The notes beneath the pieces are model-generated. The model saw only the letters and a program-made list of their open reading frames with translations, had not been told where the DNA came from and ran no database searches. A stretch of 61,918 bases of DNA from an uncultured Fidelibacterota bacterium (lineage in GTDB: Bacteria > Fidelibacterota > Marinisomatia > Marinisomatales > UBA1611). The position numbers and the translations under genes were made by a program. Numbering within the stretch: the stretch's first letter is position 1; each line of letters opens with the position of its first letter. The stretch spans positions 1 through 61,918 of the forward strand of contig CACEHW010000002.1 in assembly GCA_902559415.1 (NCBI GenBank). The letters run 5' to 3'. Below are positions 10,801-21,200 of this stretch, one piece after another.

Positions 10801-11631
10801 TTAACCTCGTTTAATAGGTTCTCTATAGGTCTGAAATGGTATCAACAACAGGTTTTTTAAGCTAGTGTGGTCTTCCTTATCCATATGAGTATCTAAACCG
10901 TATACCAAAGATGTCACATCTTCTTCATATACCGCAGTGCCAAAAATATGATCCCAAAAAGAGAAAATATTACCATAGTTTGTATCTGTATATGGCTGAA
11001 CGTAGTGGTGATGCACTTTATGAAAGTGTGGTGTGACAAATACATATGATAAAAGCTGATCTATCACTCTGGGCATTTGGATATTAGCATGGGTTAAGTG
11101 CGCAAAAAAAGCAGATATAGTTTGATATAACATAACGAGTCCAAACGCTGGACCAACAACAAGAACAGCAAGTGTTGTGAAAGCCAATCTAAGAATATTC
11201 TCACCTGGGTGATGCCTCAAACCGCTAGTAACATCAACATTTGTATCAGAGTGATGGATAATATGAAATCTCCACATCCACCTTACCTTGTGCTCAAGAA
11301 AGTGAATCAACCAAGCTCCAATTAGATCCATTAAGGCAAGTCCAATAATAACATAAAGAAAAACGGGAAGATCGATCATATGTAAAATTCCAAATTGATT
11401 ACGTTGAGTATAGTCAACGGCAGCGACGATCAATGCAGCACCAAAAAGATTAATAACGAGTGTTATAAGCGTAAAGGTAATGTTAATAGCGGCGTGTTTT
11501 CCTTTATGATAATCAAATCTAAATAAAGGAGATAGAGCCTCTACTATTAAAAAAAACGATAACCCTGATACTAAAAATAGAGTTCTTACAGTAGTAGGTA
11601 TATTTTCAAAATAGGTTAAAACTTCTTGCAT
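10801..11631 (-). CDS. Fatty acid hydroxylase / sterol desaturase family membrane protein
   Basis: Histidine boxes HKVRWMWRFHIIHHSD and HFHKVHHH in a polytopic 276-aa protein. Confidence 0.8.
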   Translation of the reverse strand: MQEVLTYFENIPTTVRTLFLVSGLSFFLIVEALSPLFRFDYHKGKHAAINITFTLITLVINLFGAALIVAAVDYTQRNQFGILHMIDLPVFLYVIIGLALMDLIGAWLIHFLEHKVRWMWRFHIIHHSDTNVDVTSGLRHHPGENILRLAFTTLAVLVVGPAFGLVMLYQTISAFFAHLTHANIQMPRVIDQLLSYVFVTPHFHKVHHHYVQPYTDTNYGNIFSFWDHIFGTAVYEEDVTSLVYGLDTHMDKEDHTSLKNLLLIPFQTYREPIKRG

Positions 11632-11642
11632 CTATATCTTTA

Positions 11643-14600
11643 TTATTTCAGCAATACCATTTTTTTCATGTGATGATGGTCGCCTGCCTGTAAAGTGTAA
11701 ATATACATCCCAGCACTAACAGGTAAGCCCCTGTCATTGGTCGCATTCCAAAGCGCTGTGTGATACCCAGCTGATTGAGTATCTTGAACTAGCGTCCTCA
11801 CCTTCCTGCCCATCATGTCATACACTGTGATTACAACACTAGTAGCCTCAGGGAGTGCATAGCGTATCTGCGTACTAGGGTTAAATGGATTAGGATAGTT
11901 CTGCTCTAATGCAAACACTGTTGGCACTGTAGCTTGTTCTGATGCAGATAAAACAACTGCTGCAATATCCGAAGCATCACTCTCATTACCAGCACTATCT
12001 ACCGCAGTGATCCAGTATTCATATGAACCTTGAGTTCCTTCTTCATCCACATAAAAAGAGTCTGTTGTTGTAAAGACCATTGCAGGATCAAAACTGTTAA
12101 GATCATTTCTATAGATATTATGATAACTAAAATCCTCCTCTATCTGTGTAGCCCATTGCAGAATCACACTAGAACCGCTTTCAAGAGCCATTAACCCTTG
12201 AGGTACTGTAGGATGTAGGTTATCAATAGAAAAGCCTGTTACAGGCTCAGAAACATGGTAGAGCTCTACATCTTCAGTATGAGCTGTTACTCTGAACATG
12301 CTATGATGAACGCCGTGAGCTGTAGAGTCTCCTAGCGTTGGAACTACAAGACTGTACTCATCTTCTGTACCGATCCAAGGTACTGTAGTAATAAAATCCC
12401 ATAGATCTGTTGTGTCTTGTTGCATGCTATCAGGATTTACTTTTCTCCATGTGGAGAACTGCGTAAATAGTAATGACGGATCTACCTGACCAGGCTTCCA
12501 TACGATCTGCATCTGTTTACCCTGGTCATTTGGTACGTCCCTTAGGCTTAATATCTCTGGACGGTGGTCTGCTATATGAACTATAAATTGCTCACTTACT
12601 ACATACTCACTGTCCGATACGCTTAAGGTAAATACGTACTCCCCATCTTGATCAGGATCACCTACCATCTTCGAGCCATCTAGTGTTAACCAAGACGGTG
12701 CTCCTTCAAGAGTGAAAAAGATATCAGAGTCTATGTCATCTGCATAGAGCCAATGCTCTAGTCCCGATGTAATATCACCCATAGCATGGAAATGATCCAT
12801 CGTAAAAAATGGTGGGTCGTTCACAGGAATAACCTCTACAGTAAACTCCTCTACATCCGAAGCTCTGCTCATATTATCATTAGCAACAACAACGATCTCT
12901 GCTGTTCCATTCCAATCAGCATCCGGAGTGATATAAAGAAGAGTATCTTCTACAAAAGCAGATACTCTATTTTGTGAGCTATAGGCATAAACACTTAGCT
13001 CAGCATTATCAATGTCACTAGCAAATACGGTAAGAACCAGTGTTGAGTCTTCATGCATCAATGTATCTGCAAAAGCAGATAACACCGGAGCATCATTCAT
13101 CGGCTCTACAAAAAGATGTATCATCGCGGTATCAGATAGAAAATCAGCTACGCCATCTGTAGTACCATTATCTGTTACAGAAAACAGAAAACTATCTGCA
13201 CCAAAGAAGTTCACATCAGGCGTGTAAGTAAACTCTCCGGAGGTATCAATTACACTTAGAGTACCGTTCAACGTACTTAAAGTAATACTGTAGGTTAAAT
13301 TTTGTATCTCTTGCTGTGTAGGGAAATAATCTCCATCTTCAGCATGTAGTTCTCCATGAAGGGTATCATCCTCTGCAACCATAAAATGATCACCCATTGC
13401 AATTGGCTTATCATTTACTTCGGTCACTTCTATGGTAACCATAGCGGATTCACTGTAGGCTTCACCATCATAGGCTACATACTTAAACGAGTCTAAACCA
13501 AAAAAGTTATTATAAGGGGAATATGTAACGGTAGAATCTGTTATGAAAACAACCTCCCCATGAAATGGACTATCTATGATCGTATAGCTGATAGGATCAT
13601 TATCAGCATCTTGAGAAATAAGATCAATGGTGCTAGAGACATCCTCAACTGAACTAGAAACAAATGAGCTGGCAATAGGTGGGTTGTTTTGATTTGACTC
13701 ACCCCCTGCTAACCAGTAAACCATCTGCTCTAAAAGCTGATCTTCTACCCCTGAACGCATGTTGCTATTGCCATAACCAGTGTTTGCCATGTACATGCCA
13801 CCTAAATATCCGGTCCTACCATTACTACCATGGTCATGAACAATTATAGTATTCGCATTATCTGTTCCAACTAAACCACCAAGTTTCTCTGCACCTGGGT
13901 CTATGGCAATTTCATATTCAGTATAATTACAAGTTGGATTAAAGTCTGAAATACCACTTGTGACGGCATGATTAGTTTGAAGAATGCTTATTTGTCCAGG
14001 TGTTTGATAGTGATAAGTCCCATCATCCACATAAGGTGTAATTGCAGCAAGATCCGAAGCAACCTGTCCTCCACCATTCCAAGTACTCATTGTTTCATGA
14101 ACAAACCAACCAGTAGACAAAATACCACCACCATTTTGCAAGTATGTATTTAAGGTAGAGTAAAAGCTAGCGGTATATCCTCCATTTGCATATCCTGAAC
14201 CACCAATAATTATAATATCATAATCAGAGATCTCAGAAATTTCATCTGCTTGGTCTACAGTCAAAGTAACTGCAAAAAAGTCAAAATAGGTATCATCATT
14301 TAATTGTGCTGCAACCGCTTCCTTAGTGCTGTTATAAGCACTACTAACAACTGCAACTCTAATCGATGATGCATTTTCTTCATTCCAAGATGCACCGTTA
14401 ATAACTGCGTTATTATTATTTGAACTTAAATCATTTGCTGTGCTACCTTGCCCTTCATTAAAGCGCCAATAACATACTAAATCTGAAGCAGAATTGTAGC
14501 TAGAGGTATTGGAACTAAGATTTATTATAGTGCCTTGGTTATAAATTGCAGATACCTCACTAGCAGAAATTGATTTATTCCACATTGCAACATCATCTAA

Positions 14601-15194
14601 GCTCCCATTTAAAAAATATAGAGGGTCAGATGAATAAACTTTTCTAGCACCAAGCTCAAGATTTCGAGTGTTGTTTCCATTTGCGGTTAATCCTGATATT
14701 GAAACACTAGATTCTTCATCTAAAGAACCATTGATATAAATTTTAGATGAGCCATTATCAGTGGTGATAATAATATGGTACCAAGTTTCAATCTGAGGAG
14801 AAAAACTTGAACTAAATTCTGGCCAGTTTCCTGATGGATGATTTCTGTATCTAAATTTAATCTCACCATCATCATTTAAAAAAACCCAGAACATATCCTC
14901 GGCCGAGAAAATGTACTGCACAGAGGATACATCATTAAAATTAACCCAAAAAGACAAGCTAAATGCATCCTCATCAGAAAAATCATAATCAGAAGAAGCA
15001 GGAATATCTAGATAATCATCGACCCCATCAAAATTTAAATAAGAATAAGACTCATCAGAATTTCTATCTATTGATGGTGAATATTCATTTTGATAAACAC
15101 TTGATAATTCAATATCTCCTGCCCAATTACTAAAAATAAAATCAGATTCAGAAAAAGCAATAGTTACTGTTAGAAAAATTAGAGAAAACCACAT
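11643..15194 (-). CDS. Large T9SS-sorted surface protein: LamG-like, ThuA-like, cadherin/Ig-like repeats, NDQGKQ beta-sandwich, FN3-like and T9SS CTD
   Basis: 1183 aa. LamG-type LDDVAMWNKSISASEVSAIYNQG. Repeat boundaries VNDKPIA, MNDAPV and VNDPPFF. The C-terminus is ...NYPNPFNPSTQIRY...GMYIYTLQAGDHHHMKKMVLLK (type A sorting domain). Confidence 0.85.
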   Translation of the reverse strand: MWFSLIFLTVTIAFSESDFIFSNWAGDIELSSVYQNEYSPSIDRNSDESYSYLNFDGVDDYLDIPASSDYDFSDEDAFSLSFWVNFNDVSSVQYIFSAEDMFWVFLNDDGEIKFRYRNHPSGNWPEFSSSFSPQIETWYHIIITTDNGSSKIYINGSLDEESSVSISGLTANGNNTRNLELGARKVYSSDPLYFLNGSLDDVAMWNKSISASEVSAIYNQGTIINLSSNTSSYNSASDLVCYWRFNEGQGSTANDLSSNNNNAVINGASWNEENASSIRVAVVSSAYNSTKEAVAAQLNDDTYFDFFAVTLTVDQADEISEISDYDIIIIGGSGYANGGYTASFYSTLNTYLQNGGGILSTGWFVHETMSTWNGGGQVASDLAAITPYVDDGTYHYQTPGQISILQTNHAVTSGISDFNPTCNYTEYEIAIDPGAEKLGGLVGTDNANTIIVHDHGSNGRTGYLGGMYMANTGYGNSNMRSGVEDQLLEQMVYWLAGGESNQNNPPIASSFVSSSVEDVSSTIDLISQDADNDPISYTIIDSPFHGEVVFITDSTVTYSPYNNFFGLDSFKYVAYDGEAYSESAMVTIEVTEVNDKPIAMGDHFMVAEDDTLHGELHAEDGDYFPTQQEIQNLTYSITLSTLNGTLSVIDTSGEFTYTPDVNFFGADSFLFSVTDNGTTDGVADFLSDTAMIHLFVEPMNDAPVLSAFADTLMHEDSTLVLTVFASDIDNAELSVYAYSSQNRVSAFVEDTLLYITPDADWNGTAEIVVVANDNMSRASDVEEFTVEVIPVNDPPFFTMDHFHAMGDITSGLEHWLYADDIDSDIFFTLEGAPSWLTLDGSKMVGDPDQDGEYVFTLSVSDSEYVVSEQFIVHIADHRPEILSLRDVPNDQGKQMQIVWKPGQVDPSLLFTQFSTWRKVNPDSMQQDTTDLWDFITTVPWIGTEDEYSLVVPTLGDSTAHGVHHSMFRVTAHTEDVELYHVSEPVTGFSIDNLHPTVPQGLMALESGSSVILQWATQIEEDFSYHNIYRNDLNSFDPAMVFTTTDSFYVDEEGTQGSYEYWITAVDSAGNESDASDIAAVVLSASEQATVPTVFALEQNYPNPFNPSTQIRYALPEATSVVITVYDMMGRKVRTLVQDTQSAGYHTALWNATNDRGLPVSAGMYIYTLQAGDHHHMKKMVLLK
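13807..14366 (-). repeat. Copy B of the ThuA-like coding module. It is paralogous to 1..560.
   Basis: See copy A. Protein level: SIRVAVVSSAYNSTKEAVAAQLNDDTYFDFFAVTLTVDQADEISEISDYDIIIIGGSGY vs NIKVAIVSNSNIATKELVAAQLNDDTYFDFSAVTLTLDQADEISEISDYDVIIIGGSGH. Confidence 0.75.
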
Positions 15195-15217
15195 AGTAAA
15201 AAACGTCCTAATAAATT

Positions 15218-15250
15218 AAAAAAATAGGCTCCCAAGATTTATGGGAGCCT
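15218..15250 (-). terminator. Rho-independent terminator after the 2581-aa gene
   Basis: Perfect 9-bp stem aggctccca (15226..15234) / tgggagcct (15242..15250). Read on the minus strand it is followed by a T-run (plus-strand aaaaaaat at 15218..15225). It lies 11 nt past the stop. Confidence 0.7.
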
Positions 15251-15260
15251 GTATTAAAAA

Positions 15261-18200
15261 CTACTTGAGAAGCACCATTTTTCTCACTTGTCTAAAATCA
15301 CCCGCTTGGATTGTGTAGATATACATCCCGGCAGATACACTTCTACCTAAATTATCTGTAGCGTCCCAGCGAATAGCTCTATACCCTACCTCTTGAAATT
15401 CATTAATAAGAGTACGAACCTCACGTCCCATAACATCATAGATCATGATCGATACAATCTGCGACTCTGGTATATCATAGTTAATTGTAGTAGTAGGATT
15501 AAACGGATTTGGATAATTCTGGTGTAAAGCAAAAGCCTTAGGAACCATTGACTCATCAACAGAAAGAAGTGGTCTAGCATCGATAAACAGGCTTCTAATC
15601 TCATCGCTCATAGTCGTATCCTGGCCATCTGTTGCGAAAACCAACCAGTCACATGTAATGGACTGAAATCCAGCAGTTTCAAGAAGCGCAATGGCAGATG
15701 AGTGAGGTATCATAAGCTCTGTAACTCCCACGTCTGCAGAATATAAAGCAGGTGTCTCAACAGAATATGGACCATTGAAAAGTAAGAATCCATATGCAAC
15801 TGAATCACCATCGACATCTTCACTCATTGTCCAAGAAACATCTATGGTAGCAGCCCCAGCAACAGATTCTGCTGTGATTATTACCTCAGCACTATCCTCA
15901 GGCGTAATTAATGAGAAAACACCAGGAGCATCATTTACTGAATTAATAAAAACTAAAACAGTATCATAAACGAATGAACCTGAACCATCTGTACCAACAA
16001 TGTGCAAGGTATCAACACCAAACATGTTGATCATTGGAGCGATTTCTAAATCATATCCCTCTACAGAAAAATCAAATATATCGTGGTTAGTAGCCATAAT
16101 ATCAAACTCCATGCTATCTCCATCAACATCTAAAAAGTAAGGCTCAGTCTCAGATCCAGCTAGGTTAACGATAAATGGCTCAGCATCTTCTTCAGCATAT
16201 ATGTCTGCAATTGGGACAATAATCTCGGGATCATCATTAACAGGAACTACATACAGCGAAACATAATAAGGTTCACTGTAAGAGGAACCGTCATACGCTG
16301 TAACAACCAGTGGAATATCACCAAAAAAGTTTTCATTTGGCACAATTCTAAATCCATACTGAATTGGAGATATTGTGTAATGATCTACAACCTGGGCTGT
16401 ATCATCAGCAGCAGATATATCCAGAGAAATTGATTCCAGTTGAGTATCATTATCTCTAATTACAAACTGATAGATAAAGACGTCTAGAGAGTCATCTTCT
16501 AATGTTTCAAAAGAAGGAGCATCAACTATCTCTGGAGTATCATCAACAGAATTAACAGTAACAACTAATGTGTCCATCACATCATCTCCTGATGGGTCAG
16601 TGGCAATTATAACGACAGTATCTTCACCGAAAAAATTCGGCGAAAATGATAAATGTAGTGAGTCTACTTCTACCATAGCAGATACCACGCCAGTTCCGTA
16701 AGTGAAAACATCAAAGTTCAGTGAATCACCATCGCTATCATAAAAATATGGATCAGTTTCTGAGCCCATTAGACTTATTACAATATCCTCAGAATCCTCA
16801 TCAACAACAATATCACTCGCGGCAGTTACCACAATTGGTGCGTCGTTCGATGGCTGAACTATAACCATAAGATTCCAAACATTACTAGAAGCCTCACCAT
16901 CGCTAATTGTTGATGGAACATACAATGTATCTGAAACATTCGGGTCTGCGATAACTTTGTAACCAGTGTCAATCATCTGGATGCTATAACCATCTCCATC
17001 TTCAAGGGCGAGCGTCAAGCTACTTTCTTCACTATCAATATCATAGTAGACAAAGTCCTCAATGCTGACTATAAAAGAGTCTTCTTCTTCAATTACAAAA
17101 TACGCGGCAGTTGTAATAACAGGAGCGTCATTCACACTTGCAACGCTGACTGCAATTGTATCCACAGCAGATTCCCCACTAGCATCAGTACCCATAATGT
17201 AAACCACATCATTGCCATATGCATCTGGATAAAAATCTAAATGCAGCGTATCACCCATAACCATTGGCATTACTAAATCAGTTCCAGCCGTGTAAGCCTC
17301 AAACACTAGATCATCACCATCGTTATCAATAAAGTAGGGTAATGTTTCAGATCCATATAAAGAAACAACTACGGGATCTGCATCCTCATCTACTGCAATA
17401 TCAGCAAGGGTGTTAACAATCTCAGGGACATCATTATTTCCAATGACATTTACAAACACCTCTTCAACATTACTCGATGCAATTCCATCGCTGAATGTTA
17501 TAGGAATAACAAATTGTCCAGAAAAGTTTTCAGATGGAGTTATGGTATATCCCTCTGCTATTTCAGTGGCTGTGTAGTTTCCTCCTACCGGGGTACGATT
17601 CCATGAAAATCCACCACCACTATTATTACCGGAATAACTAGTAAAAGTAACATCATAGTACTGCCCAGTATCAGTTAGATATAGTGACAAAACAGGAGTC
17701 CCAGCAACTTGCTGAACCAAAGCCTGATTAACATTATACCCTGATTGAAGTATAGCAGCGTTTAATGAGGTGTATTCTAAGCTAGAATAATTATCATCCT
17801 CTGTAGCACCCCATCTCCACATAGTTCCAGATGGGCCATTAGGGCTATAACTATCTTGAGAGTAGATATTGAATATCCCTTGATTGCTTGCTCTAGTGAG
17901 CCAGACAGTCTCTGATATTCGGTCTTGATTAACTTCTAATGTCCAATCTGCATTATTTTCTTTTGTAAAAGAGACAGCTTCAGAGGTTATTTCCAAGCTT
18001 AAAGAGCCTTGTTCAGTATCTGGATCTTCAACTACAAAATCACTGACTAATATATCAAAGGGAGTCTCTTCTAAAGTCTCAAAAGAAGCTGAATAAACTA
18101 CAACAGGAGCATCATTAACCGGGTTAACTGAGATCTGAACCTCAGCTGTATTTGAAGAGAGTTCACCATCGCTATTCATATAAGTAAACATATCTGAAGT

Positions 18201-21200
18201 TGTTTCACTTCCATTATGAACATAAGAAAAAGATTGATCTGTGTTTACTGTCAATATACCATGCATTGGCTGATCAACTACCATGATCTGCAGATCATCT
18301 CCATCAACGTCTGAATCATTGGATAATAGACCTGCGTTTACATCAGATACTACTGTACCACCCTCATCAACATTATACGCATCATTGACGGCTATTGGAG
18401 CATCATTTACAGGAGTTATATTAACAGAAAAAGTTACGGGAACATCATAACCACCATCATATGCATTTAGTGTAATCTCGGATGCTGCATCACCATTAAA
18501 GTTTAAATCTGATGCTTCTAACGTTAATATCTGACCAGATATTGATGCTGATACCTTATCACCACCTGTTTGAGAGAGGATTTCGTAGACTATTTGAGAA
18601 GGAGCCTGCTCTTCGTCATACATCTTGGTATACACATCAATCTCAACACTACCATCTTCCTCAAGTAATACTGGTTCAGTCCATGTCCAAACCGGAGCTG
18701 TATTTGCACCACAAATTGTAACAGTATTTGAAGTGTAACTTACTCCATCTACTGTTCCATCGTTTGGAGTAACAACTGCATGCCACTCTTCATCACAAGC
18801 GGTTGCTGCAGCGAGTACTGTTAAACCAGTTTGAGAAGACTCAAGAAAACCATTCTTATACCATGCTACCGATGCGATTACGTTATCACCATCAATATCT
18901 TCAGTTAAAAAACTTAAAGTTAGATCATTATCAATTGCTGGCACAGCTGGACTAATTGCCACATCCTTAACAATTGGGGCGTCATTTACGCCGTAGACAG
19001 ATAAATCAAATCCATAAACTGGACTACTTGCACCATCTTGATCTGTGGCAACAACATTAACTGATAAAATTCCATAGAAATTAGGATCAGGTATAAGACC
19101 GTCTCCATTTAAATTAACTGTAAAATTATCACCGTCAAGTACACTTATTGAAAAAGATTGCTCAGAACCGTCAGAATCTGAAATGGCAAAATCTGACGCT
19201 GCAAAAACGATCTCACTATCTTCAGCAATAGAACCAGGACCATTATATCTGGTAAGTGAAGGTGCATCATTAACATTTAAAACAGTTATAGAAACACTAA
19301 ATTGTGCAGATGTGCTACCATCAGAGATTGAGTAATTCACATCTAGAGTACCAACGAAATCTAATCCAGGAGTAATCGATTTTGAATCATCAGAAACTGT
19401 ATATCCAGTTCCCGCTTCAGCTAGAAGTGTAAAATCAAATGGGAAATCATTGTCAACATCCTCAACCACAAAATCATTTATTGATGCTGTGAAACTCTCT
19501 TCCTCAAGAACCTCACTCGGCCCGTTGTAGCTAACTACAACAGGGGCATCATTCACAGGATCAATTGCAATTGAAAAGAAAATATTCTTCTCGAATGGTT
19601 GACCTTCTGATTGATCAATGATCTTTAAAGAAATATCATTCTGATATAGGTTTTCATCATCAGGAGTACCAGATAGAATGACGCTGTAAACACCCTCGGC
19701 TTCTGTAATAGCACCAAGACTAACCCAGTTTGATGCAATACCTGCTAAAGAAGCTTCGTAGTTATCAACACTATTCCCGTCAATATCGGTCCATGTTACG
19801 CTCATTGAAAAAGCCGTTTCCTCTACTGCTTGACCATCAGCAACATTTGAGACCATAACCGCATCATTAACCGGGACAACATTGATCTCAACATTCATAG
19901 AATCCATTTTTTCACCATCACCAATAAAAGCCTTAACAGTTAAAGGGCCATTATAATTTGGATCAGGATTAATAGTCTTAGAATCAGAACCAGTAGAATA
20001 GTTGTCTCCGGGGATGAGCATTAGAGATAAGTCTATAGGACTGTTATCAGGATCAAAAACAACAAACTTATCTACAGATAGCTCTAGAGATTCATCTTCA
20101 TGCACATCGGTTGGACCCGTATAAGCTTCAATCATAGGAGCATCATTAACGGCTCCGATAGGAATGTAATAATACTCAATAAAACTTTCTTCGAAGCCCT
20201 CAGAGCGGTCTATAACTGAAAATGAAACATCATTCTGACCTAGGTTTACATCATCAGGAGTACCAGATACAATTGCGTTGTATATCCTATCTACGCCTTC
20301 TCCTGAGCTATATACGTTTGTCACATCAAGCCAGTTATCTGCAGGACCCCCAAGTAAAACTTCATAAACGCTAGCATCTTCAGTACCGTCTGGATCTTTC
20401 CAAGCTAGTGTAAGGCTATATAGCTCTTCTTCTGTTGCAGGTCCATTGTTGATTATGTCAGAGCCACTTGTAATTAGATAAGATGGGTCATTGACAGGAT
20501 TTACTTCCATTGGCACAATATAGATATTTGCTCCACCACTACCATCAAGGACTTCGACATGAACCTCTATAGCTCCGTTAAAATTTGGCGCTGTATTGAT
20601 CATACCTGGCATTTCTAAAGAGCGTATGTAATTCTCGCCTGGAAGAATATTCAAACTCATGTTAACAATGTCATTATCAGGATCATCTATTGAGAAATCA
20701 TATATCTCAAAAAAGAAACCCTCATCCTCATTAAAGCTAGGTGAACCATTGTAAGAAACAATTACAGGGTTGTCATTTACAGGGTCAATACTCACATCAA
20801 CAAATGCATCAGAGAATTCATTGCCATCATCAGCTCTAAGGGTCAACGTCCCGATAGACATTCCATAGAAATTCTCAGAAATTGCCGAAACAATTAGCTG
20901 ACTACCTTGAAAGTAAGCTGATATACTCTCTTCATTTGTATTACCCTGTACAGTTAATACTAACTGTGAGATAGCCTGCTCTGAGTCATTCACAAAACCA
21001 GCCATCTCAAAACGATTTCCTTCAGAATCTTCAGGAACGTGAATCATTGGTATCTCGTCACTCCATAATGGAGCTGTATTTCCGCCACATATTGTAATAA
21101 CATTCGAAGTAATCTCAACGCCTAATAATTCTCCATCACCAGGTACTACGGTAGCGTACCACTCATCTCCACATGCCGTAGCTGCAGCAGGTAAAACAGA

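Noticed and set aside
12786-18721. Short plus-strand ORFs inside the two giant genes (12786..12977, 13012..13227, 13968..14153, 15775..15969, 18512..18721)
   Set aside because: They are antisense shadows of very long, clearly coding minus-strand frames.
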